A stretch of 64,000 nt of DNA from Squalus acanthias (Eukaryota). The stretch is from positions 130,264,001 through 130,328,000 of the forward strand of contig CM059432.1 of NCBI GenBank assembly GCA_030390025.1, in the 5' to 3' direction. Shown here one piece after another: positions 25,331-38,510 of the stretch. The first letter of the stretch is position 1; the number at the start of each line of letters is the position of its first letter. The position numbers and the translations under genes are program-made. The notes below the pieces were generated by a model. That model was given only the letters and a program-made list of their open reading frames with translations, did no database searches and was not told the origin of the DNA.

Positions 25331-26664
25331 AGTTATGCACTATTGTCACTCTAACATGGAGTCCAGGCCTTTTTATCCCACACAAGTTACCTGTTGGATT
25401 TCATTGCCAACACATCCGAAGCACTTTGGAACAAATGCCTTTGAGCTAAAATTCGATGGCGCCGTGCCCGTTTTTCGGGTGCCTAAGCCTCCAATATGGC
25501 AGGCAGGAAGCGCGCGCACATTATGAGACAGAAGTGTACCGACTGCTATATTGGGATAGACAAAAAAAATAGGCATCCAGGACCAGCACCTGAAGCGGAA
25601 GTTAGGCCCTTTGCATATGCAATTAAGGGGCCTACCGCCTATTTGATGTCCCCTGTGTAAAATTCTGTTGCCCTGAATGCAGCTGACTCCTCCTGGTTCC
25701 ACAAAAACACCTGCAGCCCATTATCCGTCTGTGTTCACAACTCTTCCATACCCCTGTGGGTGACACGGCCGCTCCACCAACTTCAAGCCGGTTTTGGGCA
25801 GAAGTTGAAAATGCTCCCCACACCGCCCCCATCCAGTTTGGAATATTGTACTCTTCACTGAGTATCAGTGATTTTTATCACTAGATATCTGTATCAATTG
25901 GTATCAGTGTTGAAGTTGCAGCATCTTCTCATTTTCATTGTACAAATTTACTGTGTCAGCCATGAAAAGGGACATTTTGATTGCATGCTTTTTTGAAAAT
26001 GCAGTCAAAGATCATGTTTTGTTTTCATTTCATTCCACGGTGGCGAACTGCATTTCTAAAACAGAAAGTAGGTTATGTAAAAGGAAGTCAATAAAATAAA
26101 TGAGGGATTGTATCCCATAGGCTGTCATAGTGAGGATATGCAGGGTGAGTCAGAGCGGATGCCCTGAAAATGAAGTGAAGGTCATGGGAATCTTTCCCTG
26201 AACGGAAAACAAATGTTACACCAGTGGCACAGGATTTAACTATGGATGTCTGGAGACCCATTGACATCCTACTGACTAGTAAATTTAAGATGAGGAGCAT
26301 AAGCTGGAACCAGCACATCCTGATTTGACACAAAGTCTTGGGTGTTTATTGAGTCTTTTAGAGAAGACTCGTCTATTTCCGTACGTTTAGAAATAATGCT
26401 TGTTGGCAGAGCCAGTAAATTCCCTTGAGATTCTATCACAAATACTGTTGCTGGCCATATTCCCAGCTGTAGAGGTAAACAGAAAAATGTTCTATAAAAC
26501 TCCAATCCGAGAGAGGAGGATCCAGATGTAAACCATGTGAATACAACTGATTCAGTCAATGAGGATGTCATAACTGTCTGGTCAAAGGGGAGGACTTTAC
26601 CCACATTGTCCCTAGGAAGGGTAGAAGTTTTAGAAGCAGAGATGGGACAATTACTTAGAAATGA

Positions 26665-26752
26665 TGGCCCTGAAATTCCAAAGGGGTTCTCTTGGTCTCC
26701 CGACGCGATTCCAACAAGAGATCGGGCGAACATCCGTGGAATTTCAGGGCCA
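26665..26752. mobile_element. Tiny Harbinger-type MITE
   Basis: 15-bp perfect TIRs tggccctgaaattcc / ggaatttcagggcca. Confidence 0.7.
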
Positions 26753-27420
26753 ATGAGAATAGTCATCCAACAAGAAACCATGTGACACTTGGCTAGGGCC
26801 ACACGCATGACGAGGAATTGAGGGAAATGTAAAGAAAGTTCTTGTTGACGACAAAATTGTTAGAATGACAGGTCTAAGACTGAATCATAGAACCATTGAA
26901 AATGACAGCGCAGAAGGTGGTCATTTAACCTATCCCGTGTATGCCAGCGCTATCTAGATTTCCTCTGTGGCGAAATTTGCACCAGAAGTGTGTCAGGGAA
27001 GGATTTCCGCCTGCCGGTGCAACCACATTCTGACTGCATCCTATTTTCCTTCCTCAGGTTCATTACCATATTCTGGGTCGACTCTTAGCGCTTTTGGCAC
27101 TATCTCTTATAAACTTGCCTCAGGGTGGGGCAGGAAACTAGCACTCCTGCAATGTTCAATTGGCTACGGAAACTTAAATGGGCAGGGCAGCAACTTCAAA
27201 ATTGGAAGCAACAACATTCTAAGACCAGAAGAAGTATGCTGCAGCAGAATGCAGAACTCCCTAATTTTCAGACTTCTCTATAGAGGTTTCATTGGGTCAA
27301 CTAAGCGAAAGGAGGGAGCATTTATTTGGCACTGAGGGAGGGAAGCCAACCAAAGGATGGTCTTGGTACAGTGGAAGGAGGTGGCCTTGCCAGCCAGTGC
27401 TACCTCCGACAAATCCTCAT

Positions 27421-27620
27421 CAGCTCAGTTGTTAGCACCCTCATCTCTGAGTCAGACGGTTGTGGGTTCAAGTCCCACTCCAGAGACTTGAGCACAAAAT
27501 CTAGGCTGACACTCCAGTGCCGTACAGTTCACCACCACCTTCTCAAGGGCAATTAGGGATGGGCAATAAATGCTCTCCTTGCCAGCGATGCCCACATCCT
27601 GTGAATGAATTTGTTTTTAA
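27421..27620 (+). mobile_element. tRNA-derived SINE head joined to the family-2 LINE tail
   Basis: Box A/B-like agctcagttgttagc...gggttcaagtccc, followed by ccaccaccttctcaagggcaattagggatgggcaataaat. Confidence 0.55.
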
Positions 27621-30552
27621 ATTACCCATATCTGGGTTACGGCCCATATGATAGGGAGTAGAGAATCTTCACATCATGTACTTCTTAAAGAAGAAAGTGG
27701 CCCATAATCAACAGCAGAGATCAGCCACAGGTACTGGTACCTTCAGCTGCTAGTCTCTTGTATCATATGAGGAGGTAGCCCTTGATCTCCAGAACAGGCA
27801 TACAGGAGACAGGCAAGTAAGAGGGGAGGTGCCTGCTGCAGATTGGTCTTATGATTCATCTTCTCATGTCTCTTCAGCTCCTGCAGCACACACATAATTG
27901 TCATCACAATATATGTGACTGCTTATGGTCATACCTTGCACTGAAAGTACTGTAGAGGCTGTGCTGCTCATCCACCCCTGCGAATCTCTCTTCCTTTTGC
28001 ACCCTCTTAAGTATTCCACAGCAACCAGCAGAGGAAGGTCAGTAAGAGGAAACTGGTCCCTCTGCTTAAGGACCACTCAGCCCTTCTGCACAAACTGCAT
28101 CATTCAATCTCTCCCTCCTCAGCACCAACTCAGAGACCCCACCTGGGCCAGAAGCTCATAACTTTACTTTGGATTGGTCTTCTGTTAAAATATTTTTTAT
28201 TTTTCTTTTGGAGGCTCCTAGTTTCATTTCGATGTCTCCCTCAAGACTTCCTTGTTTGGTGAATTCCCTAAAGTGAAGGGGAAGGCTGCAAAATGTTTTC
28301 CCTGTGAAAATTCCCATCTTTGTCATTTGATTTGTTGGAGAAGGAGAAGGAAAGGAGAGGAACAACAGGCAAACCAGGAAGCTAGGCTTATAAGGCTGTT
28401 CTACAAGAGATCCAGAGCCTCCTACAGATATATGACCACCAGTGTGTAGCCTCAGAAAATCATTCCTCAATATATCCATGGAGTTATATGTCTGGAGGCC
28501 TCTGTGTTCTGAGAGATAGCTGTAGAAGTTCCTGGAGCTACCAATCACTCCAGGATTGAATGCATTAATGAGAAGCCTTCTCTAATAGTGCCACAAAGGA
28601 TGGCATTGGACTCTAACATCCTTGCCACACATCTTTGTAGACTCTATGAGGTGCCTTCATATCTTCTGATGCTCTGACCCCTAAGTTCATTATCTGAATG
28701 ATCAACAGTCAAGGTCTTATATCTCCTAAGCCTGCACTCAGGAGCATCATGTTCCACGTCCAATGCCTCATTCTCTGGCTTCCTTATGAGTTGAGAACCA
28801 CCCAATTCCTCATCTAGACTCTCTGAGTCACCCTGAGTTAACCTATCTGTGCTGATGAGTTGAAGTGATAGGGTTCATGACGGTGTGAGCCAATTTCTGC
28901 TGGCAGAGCCAGATGTTGACTGCCATTGGTTCCTACTCTCTCTCTCTCTCTCTCTTTCTGCAGCATCTTTCTTGCTTCTGGCTTCTGTGGAGATAAGAAG
29001 AATGAGAAATGTAATGAGTTTCCTGCTTCCACGTTTCCCTTCCTGTTAAGTTCTTGTAGGGGTCTCCCCAGAGTTTGAGTCTTAACAAAGAAAAACCATT
29101 TCAGATCTTTGGCCATTAGTCAACACACGGCATCTCCCACGACTCTATTCCCTACAGCATCAGCTGAGTGAGTTCCCAGGATTTACTTTGCCCCTGTTCT
29201 TCCTCCTGCAGCCTGCCCTTCTTGGGAACTGTGCACAATCTTTTCCTACATGACAAAAGAATGCTTGTTATGTCAGTCACACAGCCATTTGAGAATTCTC
29301 TTCATTTCTATCATGAAATTCCCACAGAAGTAGTGAGGTGGGAATGGGCATGTATGCATTACAGGATGTTGTATCCATTTGCAGGTATGACTATAGATCA
29401 TTTAGTGCACAGAGTGAAACCCTTAGATTTGTGATTCTCACTTTTAAGGTAAATATAGGTTTACTGAAAAGTATAAAATATACATTAACAAAACCTTGCA
29501 GCCATCATATTTACCTTTGCTGACCTTGTGGGGTCATTAAACCTTGTCTTGCATTGAAGAGCGGTCCTGGGATTTAGGGAAGTTCCACTCACTACCTGTG
29601 CCACTTGGCTGCTGTATTGGCAGCTTGTTTGCTACCCACTCCCACTATTCCATTCCCCCCACCCCCTCCCCCATCATGCTTAATTTCAGTCAGAATCATA
29701 TATATGTCACTCTATTAAATTTCTCAGGCTCTCTTCTTGCTCGTTCCTTTTTCATCCATGGTTTAAAATTGCCACATGCTGGTACAATACCACTTTAAGA
29801 GCAGCCCGGCATTAAATGCAACACTTCTGCCTTTCCCAGAGCGACCTCCCCAGTAATATTTAAATTAGCTGACATTGGGATTTATCAATGGGGTCAGCAT
29901 CGCGTCAGTTACACAGGTGGGAGCTCCCTCCACCTTCAACCCCTCCCCGCACTTAGGGCATTGCTTTGTGGGACTCAGAATTTTGGGGTCATACATTTTT
30001 GTACAGGGAGATAGGTTCTGTCCTCAAAGGTATGTCAGCTGTGAGTCTCTTGCCAACATCTGCACAGCAAATTGCCGCTTCTATGGGTAGTTTGCTTTTA
30101 CTATCGATCTATATATCCATGTACCTATGAAAGAAAGAAAGAAAGAAAGAAATTGCATATATATAGCTCCTTTCATATCCTCAAAGTGCTTCACAATGAG
30201 TGAATTCGTTTTGAAGTGTAGTCACTGTTGTTTTGAAGGCAAACCCATGAAAATCCTTTGGCCACATTTGAAACTTATATTTGGCAACCCCCCAATAGAA
30301 AGGTGGATGGAACTGTACTGCCTTGCGCCTCAGTCAGTTGGTGCATAACACCAACTATTGTTTGGTGATCTACTTCACTGCTGGAGCAATTTGGATGGCT
30401 TGATACAGATCTGTAGTGGGGGGGGTGGGGGGAGCACATGCCAGCATAAGTGCCAGGATGCATCCACCCAGGACCTTCACCGCTGAACCCACCAAAAATT
30501 CGGAAGGTCGGAGAGTTCCCTTGGTTTAAATGCAATTGGTGGGGGCCTGCAA

Positions 30553-30780
30553 GGAGTTACATCCAAGGTTTCCATAGATGGAAGGTTAAAGCATCCCCAT
30601 CATGCGACTGTGGAGCTCCTAATCAGACCCTGGAGCGCATCATTGAGCACTGCCCTCAGAGGAAATTCGCAGGCAGCCTACAAGATATCCACACTGTTAC
30701 ACCGGAAGCTTTGGCCTGGATACCTGACTTGGATATTGACATGTGATTTGCTTTGCTACTACCATACGAAAGAAGAAGAC
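30553..30780 (+). mobile_element. 3' end of a Vingi-like (I-group) LINE
   Basis: FHRWKVKASPSCDCGAPNQTLERIIEHCPQRKFAG...LDIDM* (CxC...HxxxxC finger with H>R); tail ccatacgaaagaagaag. Confidence 0.6.
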
Positions 30781-30814
30781 GACATCCAAAGTTAACCTTT
30801 CCCCACGGGACGTA

Positions 30815-32038
30815 ACGTGACATGGGTTGGTAATTGGTTGGGAGGTAGGAGACAGAGTAGGGATAAAGGGAAGGTACTCTGACTCGAGGGATGTGACAAG
30901 TGGTGTTCCCCAGGGATTTATACCGGGGCCTCAGCTTTTCACCATATATATCAATGACTTGGATGAAGGAAGAGAGTTGTATATCCAAGTTTGCAGATGA
31001 AGCCAAGTTAGGAGAAACAGCAAGTTGTGTAGATGGGAGCAGGAAGTTACAAAGGGACATCGACAGATTAAGTGAGTGAGCAAAACTGTGGCGGATGGAG
31101 TTCAATGTGGGGAAGTGTGAGGTCATCCACTTTGGAGCCAAGAAAGACAAATTAAAATATTTTTTTAATGGCGCAAGACTAGGAACTGTGGACGAGCAAA
31201 GTGGTTTTGGTGCCCAAGTACACCGATCACTAAAAGCTTGTGCACAGGTAGACAAAATAATCAGAACGGCTAATGGAATGTTGGCTTTTATCTCAAGGGG
31301 GCTGGAATACAGATGGGAGAAAGTTATGCTTCAGTTATATAGAGTCATTGTCAGACCTTATCTGGAGCACTGTGTTCAACTTTGGGCACTGCACATCAGG
31401 GCGGGTACCTTGGAAAGGATACAGTGCAGATTCACCTGAATGATACTGGGGCTTAAAAAGAAAGAAAGACTTGCATTTCTATAGCGCCTTTCACGACCAC
31501 CAGACGTCTCAAAGCACTTTACAGCCAATGGAGTACTTTTGGAGTGCAGTCACTAATGTGGGAAACACGGCAGCCAAGTTGCGCACAGCAAAGGGTTAAA
31601 TCATGTGAGGACAGGTTGCTTAAACGTGGCTTGTATTCCCTTGAGTTTAGAAAGTTGAGGGTGATCTAATTAAGATCTTTAAAATGATAAAGTAATTTGA
31701 TAGGGTAGATACAGAACAACTATTTCCTCTGGGGGTGGAATCCAGAACAAGGGGGCACAATCTTAAAATTAGAGCTCGGCCATTCCAGAGTGAAATAAGG
31801 GAAGCACTTTTTCACACAAAGGGTAGTGGAAATTGGGAATTCTCTCCCCAAAAGACTGTGGGTGCTAGGTCAATTGGAGTTTTCAAGACTACTAAGATCG
31901 ACAGATTTTTATCAAGTATGGGTACCGAGGCATATGGATCAAAGGTAGGTAAATGGAATTGAGGTACAGATCAGTCATGATTTAATTGAATGGCAGAACA
32001 GGCTTGAGAGGCTGAAAGGCCTACTCTTGTTCCTATGC
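30815..32038 (+). mobile_element. Degenerate CR1 with a Deu-SINE tail (~31458-31590, minus) inserted
   Basis: ORFs 31095-31439 and 31735-31962 are CR1 C-terminal fragments. Confidence 0.85.
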
Positions 32039-33053
32039 AAATTGCGATGCTACTGGGGGATTTCAGGTCCCCCTCCAAAACTTCCCCAGAATCTGACCAC
32101 CACCACCCACCACTGTAAGGTCCCCTTTGTAAAGGGGCCACAGTTACATGCTTGAAACAAGTTATGTGTTTTTTTTTAGGGAGTCTAGGCTATGATCACA
32201 GCCTTTGCGTCCTTTAGTGGCTTGACATGCCGTGGTCTCAACTGGCTGGCAATCCTGCCCCTGTCGACTGAGGTGCTGGGGAATGCAGGAACTCCCCGTG
32301 TCAGATCTCCATCGCTGGCCCCAAAGAATCCCCATTGTCAGGCTGGGATCTGGCACATCCAGATCCTGACCTATTTTCTAACCCTTCCAGTGCACTCCCA
32401 CCTCAGTTACATCAGAAATTCCCAAGAAAGGCTGTGGTTTGTTTTTTTAGCTCCTTGAAGTTTTACTTATTTAAGCAGTGATTCGCCATTGCATTTTAAG
32501 AGAAAATACACATTGGCGTAACAGTGCTGGGTGGGCGTGTCTGTGCACTGTAATCTGTTTATGTAACACTACTATATCAGCAAGGCTGAATGACAGGTAT
32601 TTTGAGAAGCAACTCCCAACCACTTTTACACGATTTAGACAGTCTCAGTGGGACAGAGCAGGGTGGAGATTCCAGGGACAAGGAAAGAGTTTTCTGGATA
32701 TCGTCTTCTAATCTTAGGTGGTGGAAGATGTTTGCTGAAATTTACCCTGGGCTAAATCTGGTCACATTAAGCAATCTCGGCTTTTGCATGCAACATTCTT
32801 TGGCAGACACCCAGCATTGTCTGTAATGCTTCAATGGCACTGTTTCTGCTTAATCCTTTACTGATCCACAGGTTGCGCAAGACATATATCAGACTCAACA
32901 ACAAACTCGACCAAAACTCAATTAAGAAGCTCTGTTGAATTGAACCTCAACTGATGCGTTTTAAGCTGGTTTTTTTAATTAAATTTCCAAAATGTAAATG
33001 GTATTTATTTTCTTCAGAATTCGAAAGGAATGAATCGGATGGACGAAGAACAT

Positions 33054-33631
33054 TGGCCCCCAACTTTCATGGGTTGTGAACATAGCCTTTACCCTGGGTA
33101 TGAGGGGTCAGGGGGAGAGCACCTAAATAGCATGGGACTGGCGGACACCTGCCCACTATGGGCACAGCTCAGGTGCCCCCCTGCTCCAAGCTGCCAGGAA
33201 ATCCGGCCCCTGCTGCTAGTTCCAGGGAGGTATCAGGACCTCCCTGAAAACACTCAAGATCAGTCTCAAATGGTCCCTTTTGTAAGCGTTAACCACAAAA
33301 AATACTTTTACTGCCAGCCTTTGTGGGTCCAGGATTTCCCTGGCCTGGAGCCCAATTGTTCTTCCCCGCTTGCACCCTTGAGTCAGCTGGTGCACCTCTT
33401 CTCACTCGAAATACCGGCCTCCGAAGTTACGGCCTACGAGGCCGAGGATGCAGGAACTCCCAGGGTAGGAAGTCCTCTCTGATGCAGGCACGCTTGTAAG
33501 GGGCAGACGGGCTGGCAGGGCAGACCAGGGCTTGGCATGTCTGAGTCCCAACCTGTTTTCCAGCCCTTCAACCATCCTACTGCCTGAGTTGTGGCAGGAA
33601 TGGGCTGGAAGGCCAAGGAATTTTGGCCCCA
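33054..33631. mobile_element. Harbinger-type MITE
   Basis: TIR-like tggcccccaactttc / gaattttggcccca around a GC-rich interior. Confidence 0.45.
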
Positions 33632-34089
33632 TTGTGCTTTTTTTTCCTTTACCAATTTCTCCACCCCTCTCCTCTCCTGAAAATATTATTTCTTGCTGGG
33701 CTATAGGCCCACAGTTACCAGTCGCCCTCCAGTAATTCATCCAACTAGCTGTTATTGTGAACGTTGGCAGGCTAATCGATCATGGATGGCATCACAGAGG
33801 AGCCATCACAGATGCACAGTTTCCAGCAGAAGTCACTGGATGGTGATCTGGAGCAGGAACCCTGGCTGATTCTTCCTCTCCCTATCACAGAGGCACTGAG
33901 GAGAATTGTAATGCTTCAACCTGAGATCAACTAACTCAGCACAGATTAGAAATCAAACCTGGGTCCTTCTGGGTTAGTGCTCCATCAGGTCCAAGTGAGT
34001 ATTTATGAAAAATTGTGATTTGGATTACATTATCATACAATGGATTTAAAGGGACATTATCCTAGTTACATAATTTCACTTTTCACACA

Positions 34090-34560
34090 AAGCTCCAACA
34101 ACACTCAAGAAGCTCAACACCATCCAGGACAAAGCAGCCTGCTTGATTGGCACCCCATCCACCACCTTAAAGTTATTCCCTCCATCACCGGCGTACCTCG
34201 GCTGCAGTGCGTGCTATCTACAAGATGCACTGCAGCAACTCGCCAAGGCTTCTTCGACAGCACCTCCCAAACCCGTAACCTCTACCACCTAGAAGGACAA
34301 GGGCAGCAGGCGCATGGGAACACTATCATCTCCAAATTCCCCTCCAAGTCACACATCATCCTGACTTGGAAGTATATCGCCGATCCTTCATCGTCGCTGG
34401 GTCAAAATCCTGGAACTCCCTCCCTAACAGCACTCTGGGAGTACCATCACCACATGGACTGCAGCGGTTCAAGAAGGCGGCTCAGCACCACTTTCTCGCG
34501 ATGGGCAATAAATGCTGGCCTTGCCAGTGATGCCCACATCCCATGAACGAATAAAAAAAA
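34090..34560 (+). mobile_element. 3' fragment of the second CR1/L2-group LINE family
   Basis: Near-identical to 4522-4995; ends in an A-tail. Confidence 0.88.
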
Positions 34561-35207
34561 CATTCTTTGCTCAGTTTATTAGCACCATTCACAGACAATA
34601 GACCATTGGGAAGCTCATAAACATTATTTTATTACTAGTGAGGAATATTGTTGCAGTAAGAACTAATGCCTGGGTCGTCTTGTGTGAGTTACCGTTACTG
34701 TGCAATTGCAACTGATTAAAGTATGTCACCATTGAACCAACATTGAAGATAATTATAATGACTCTGCATTCTCCACTTAAGTCTAAACACAGCTTTAATA
34801 GAATAGACAGTTAACTAAAACCCTAATTAAAGCAATTATTAGAGGTTGGTTCTCATATAAATGAGCCAAGCAGTTATTGGCTTGTGTTTTTGGGAGGGGT
34901 GCGTTGTCTAAATCAAATTGGAAATGGTGTTTAATACCTCTCATTGCTTTACGTTGAGTTTTATAAATACCCATTTGTAAAGAGACAGACAACAATAGTT
35001 CTCATTATCCTTCATGATGATACACTATCTGATGCAATATAATTATTAGAACCAAGTGAGTATTTATGAAAAATTGTGATTTGGATTACATTATGATACA
35101 GTGGATTTGAAGGGACACGAGTATAGTTACATCATTTCAGTTTTCACACAATGTAGCATTCTATAATCAGTTTATTAGCACCATTCACAGACAAAAGAAA
35201 TCAAGGG

Positions 35208-35720
35208 TGCAGAGGAGAGAAGGAGGGGAGGGGGACGGTGGAGTGGAGGGAAAGGAGGAAAGAAGGTTGTGGAGAAGGGGGAGGCAAGGGGTGGAGGGGG
35301 AGGCTGGAGAGGGGAGGAAGTGGAGGAAAGGAGGGTAGTGAAGGAGATGGAAGGATGTAGATTGAGCCGATAGATCAAAGGGGAAAAAGTTGGAGATGAG
35401 TCATTTTAATATTTCCCTTCTCCCCTCCCCTCCCTTTCCTCACCTCCTCCTTCCCTCCCCTCTTCTGCCCCTCACAACCTAACCCTTTACCTTCTCCCTC
35501 CACTATCCTCTACTCCTTCCTCCTCTCTCCATCTTCCTTCTTTTTCTCACCTCCTCTGCCCTCTTCTCTGCCACCCTCTTCACCCTTCCTCTCCACCCTT
35601 CCCTTCCTCTTTGCCCTCTTCTCTCCTTTTTCTTACCCCTTTCTCTCCTTCCCCTGCCCCATTTCTCCTTCCCTACGCCCTTCCTGTTCTCCCCTCCCTT
35701 CCACCTTCCTCTTCGCCCCA
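35208..35720. repeat. Low-complexity purine tract followed by a pyrimidine tract
   Basis: GA-rich at 35208-35400, CT-rich at 35413-35720. Confidence 0.85.
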
Positions 35721-37499
35721 TCCAAGGCAGAGCGTGTGAAGTTGACTGGACAGATTGGCCCAGAGAGGCTATGTGGTGAAGGGGAGGTCATTAAATGGGG
35801 GATGGTAGGACAAGGACACAGCACAGAAGGAACCTCTTTTCTGCTTCCAGTACAAACCTGAGTTTATGTTCTCTTTCCTGATCAGTTCTGGTGTGAGGCC
35901 TGAAGGATCGGTACCTGTGTCCTTTCACTTGCTCTTGAATGGACAGTGGGATGTACACTGTTTGGGAATTTATCCCTATTTAACGTTGATGCTGTCTCTG
36001 GTAGGAAAGCTGAATATTGCACCCAGCCATCTCTAGTTAAATCTAAGTTTTAGTCCCTGTTCTTTCCCCATAGCCCTGCAAATCTTTCCTTCTTAACTGT
36101 AACTAATATGCAGGCAGACATTCCTCTTCATTGTGCCCAGGTGCAGCAATGAGGAAAGGGGAAGGCAGGCACCATTGTATCGCGTTTCTGCCTCCATAAC
36201 ACTATCCCAGAATATCCGCTGGTTCTCAAAACATGCGGGACTGGGCCTGCACCTCCTACAGGTGAGATGGCCTAAGAGGCTAGGGCCAGACACTCTACAC
36301 TTCCACAGCCTGGGGGGGTGGGGGGGAGTCCCGGGAACACAGCAAAGATTCTAGACCAGAAGATCAGCACACCCCGTGTGGAAATTCAGGGTCTGAGCTG
36401 TTTAAACTGGAAACTAATGCATTTGATAAGAGCAGCTACAAGTTCTGTGTTATACTTTCCCCATGACTATGTTTTGGTAGGGGGAGGGGAACAGAAAGTA
36501 GTGGATCTTTTCCTGCTATGTCTGAAAAACCTGTTCATTTCTCAATATCAGCAACTTCTCATTCTAACGCTTCACTTTCCCACGGAAACTAGTCCATAAC
36601 ATCTCTGACTCATAGCCTTCAAACCTCAAGACAATGAGCTTTATCTTCTTTTGTGTAATGATCCATTTCCAATGGCATCTTGTCCTCCAGCTGAATTGAA
36701 TCTTGTTGACACGGCAAGCTTCATTAAGACCAGCCTGCAACTTGCTGTGAAAGTCCTACTGTGAGGTCTCTGAAAGCATTATTATTTTATACTCTCATCA
36801 GACCATAATGATGTGTGTATTCCTGCAATATAATCCAACCCACCAGTATAGTAAACCCTTAATCCAGTGTCGTCCCTGTGGTATTGGTGCTGATGACCAA
36901 GAAGCTTCTCCAAAAAAAACCTTTTGATTTGAATGGTACTTAGCTGAAGGTTTATTTGGATTTCTACCTCAGGTGTGGGCTCATTTACCATTGAGTCTTT
37001 ATAACCAATGATATATATTTCAGGAACCACTGCTGCAATTATGGCCCAGAATTTCCTCCATCTTATTTACGCCGTATATACGCCATTACTTACACCGTTG
37101 CATTGGTCGATCGCTCAGACAGGAAGCTACATGCCAGTTTCTTACGGAGCTCGTATGCTGGAAAGAACGTATCTGCACGCAACATGTGCAACTTCAGCGT
37201 AACCAATAGGGGCCCGAGGAAACTTGCATGCAGCACTATAAAAGCGCCGTTCAAGTAGAAACTAAAGGGCCAATTATAACCCCGTCCGCCCGGCGGAAAG
37301 CGGTTGGGCAGGCAGTGAAAATGACGGGTGCGGGTTGCTTGCACTGGTCCCGTTGCCTTCCGATATTAACCGGCACTCCTGAGCAGATGAGAGGGACACC
37401 CGCCAGAAGGCAGCGGGGTCCTTCTTTAGATATGCAAATCGGGCTCCGGAGACATGATCGGGGCCCGACTGCATGAAGACAAATTATGTTTCAGCCAGA

Positions 37500-37925
37500 C
37501 AGACCAGGGTCGGCTGGGGGTCAGTCCCCAGCCTGTGCTTTGCTAGCTGATCTCAACTGGTGTAGAAGTGGGAGTACTGCAACTGGCCTCAGTACATTAA
37601 AGGTTGGAAGGGGAAAATCCAGCACACTTCCTGGTTAGGATCCCTGCTGCAAAGTGCACGTTGGTTAGATACCAAGTGAGGACAGCGTGGATCTTACATA
37701 GAATTACATTGAATTTACAGCACAGAAACAGGCCATTCGGCCCAATTGGTCCATGCTGGTGTTCATGCTCCACACGAGCCTCCTCCCACCGTACTTCATC
37801 TCACCCCATCAGGCTTTGACATCCCCACAGTCAAATTGCCCGCTGACACTCACTGTTTAGGCTCACCCATGAAGAATGGCCTCTTGGGTGAAGTATGGAG
37901 GACTACCAGCACCTGTGGAACTTCA
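37500..37925 (+). mobile_element. Unclassified SINE-like repeat split by a CR1 tail (~37696-37812, minus)
   Basis: Similar segments recur at ~49740-50145, ~63340-63520 and, inverted, at ~33745-33975. Confidence 0.5.
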
Positions 37926-38254
37926 AGGGCGAATGGAGCAAAACAGCAGAAACAGTTACTGACATAGGATCGTGAGGCACTCTGTATGGCCGCTTCTCAT
38001 TGATTGATTATTTGGACATTCATGGAAATGGAAATAGTGAGATCATTTAATGTTTCCCCATAAATTATTCTGCATCATCTCTCTCAGTCCTGGGTTTTTT
38101 CCTCTGGCTCCTGCAACATTTTCCTGCTCCATAAATTGTACAACTACTTGTTTTCCCTCAACCCGCACCCCCCACCCCACCCCGCCCCCAAAAATATAAT
38201 CCCTTCAAACATTTCCCTCTTCAGCACCCAGACAGAAGGGCTTGGCAGGGCAGA

Positions 38255-38510
38255 AGGCTTTCAGGAGTGAAGTTAGGAAATACTTCTACACACAAAGGGT
38301 GGTAGAAGTTTGGAACTCTCTTCCGCAAAAGGCAATTGATGTTAGATCAATTGTTCATTTTAAATCGGAGATTGATAGATTTTTGTAAACCAAGGGTATT
38401 AAGGGATATGGGGCAAAGGCGAGTATATGGAGTTAGGTCGCAGATCAGCCATGATCTCATTGAATGGCGGAACAGGCTGGAGGAGCTAAATGGCCTCCTC
38501 CTGTTCCTAT
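38255..38510 (+). mobile_element. CR1 3' fragment
   Basis: ttctacacacaaagggtggtagaagtttggaactctct...tggcctcctcctgttcctat. Confidence 0.85.

Noticed and set aside
26269..26808. 179-aa minus-strand ORF as a host exon
   Set aside because: It runs through a MITE, has no recognisable motif, and no partner exons were found; origin unresolved.
27700..28900. Possible additional Harbinger Myb-protein relic on the minus strand
   Set aside because: Only a vague compositional resemblance with no diagnostic motif; not supportable without a search.
35503..35721. Arg/Gly/Lys-rich ORF
   Set aside because: It is a translation of the low-complexity pyrimidine tract.
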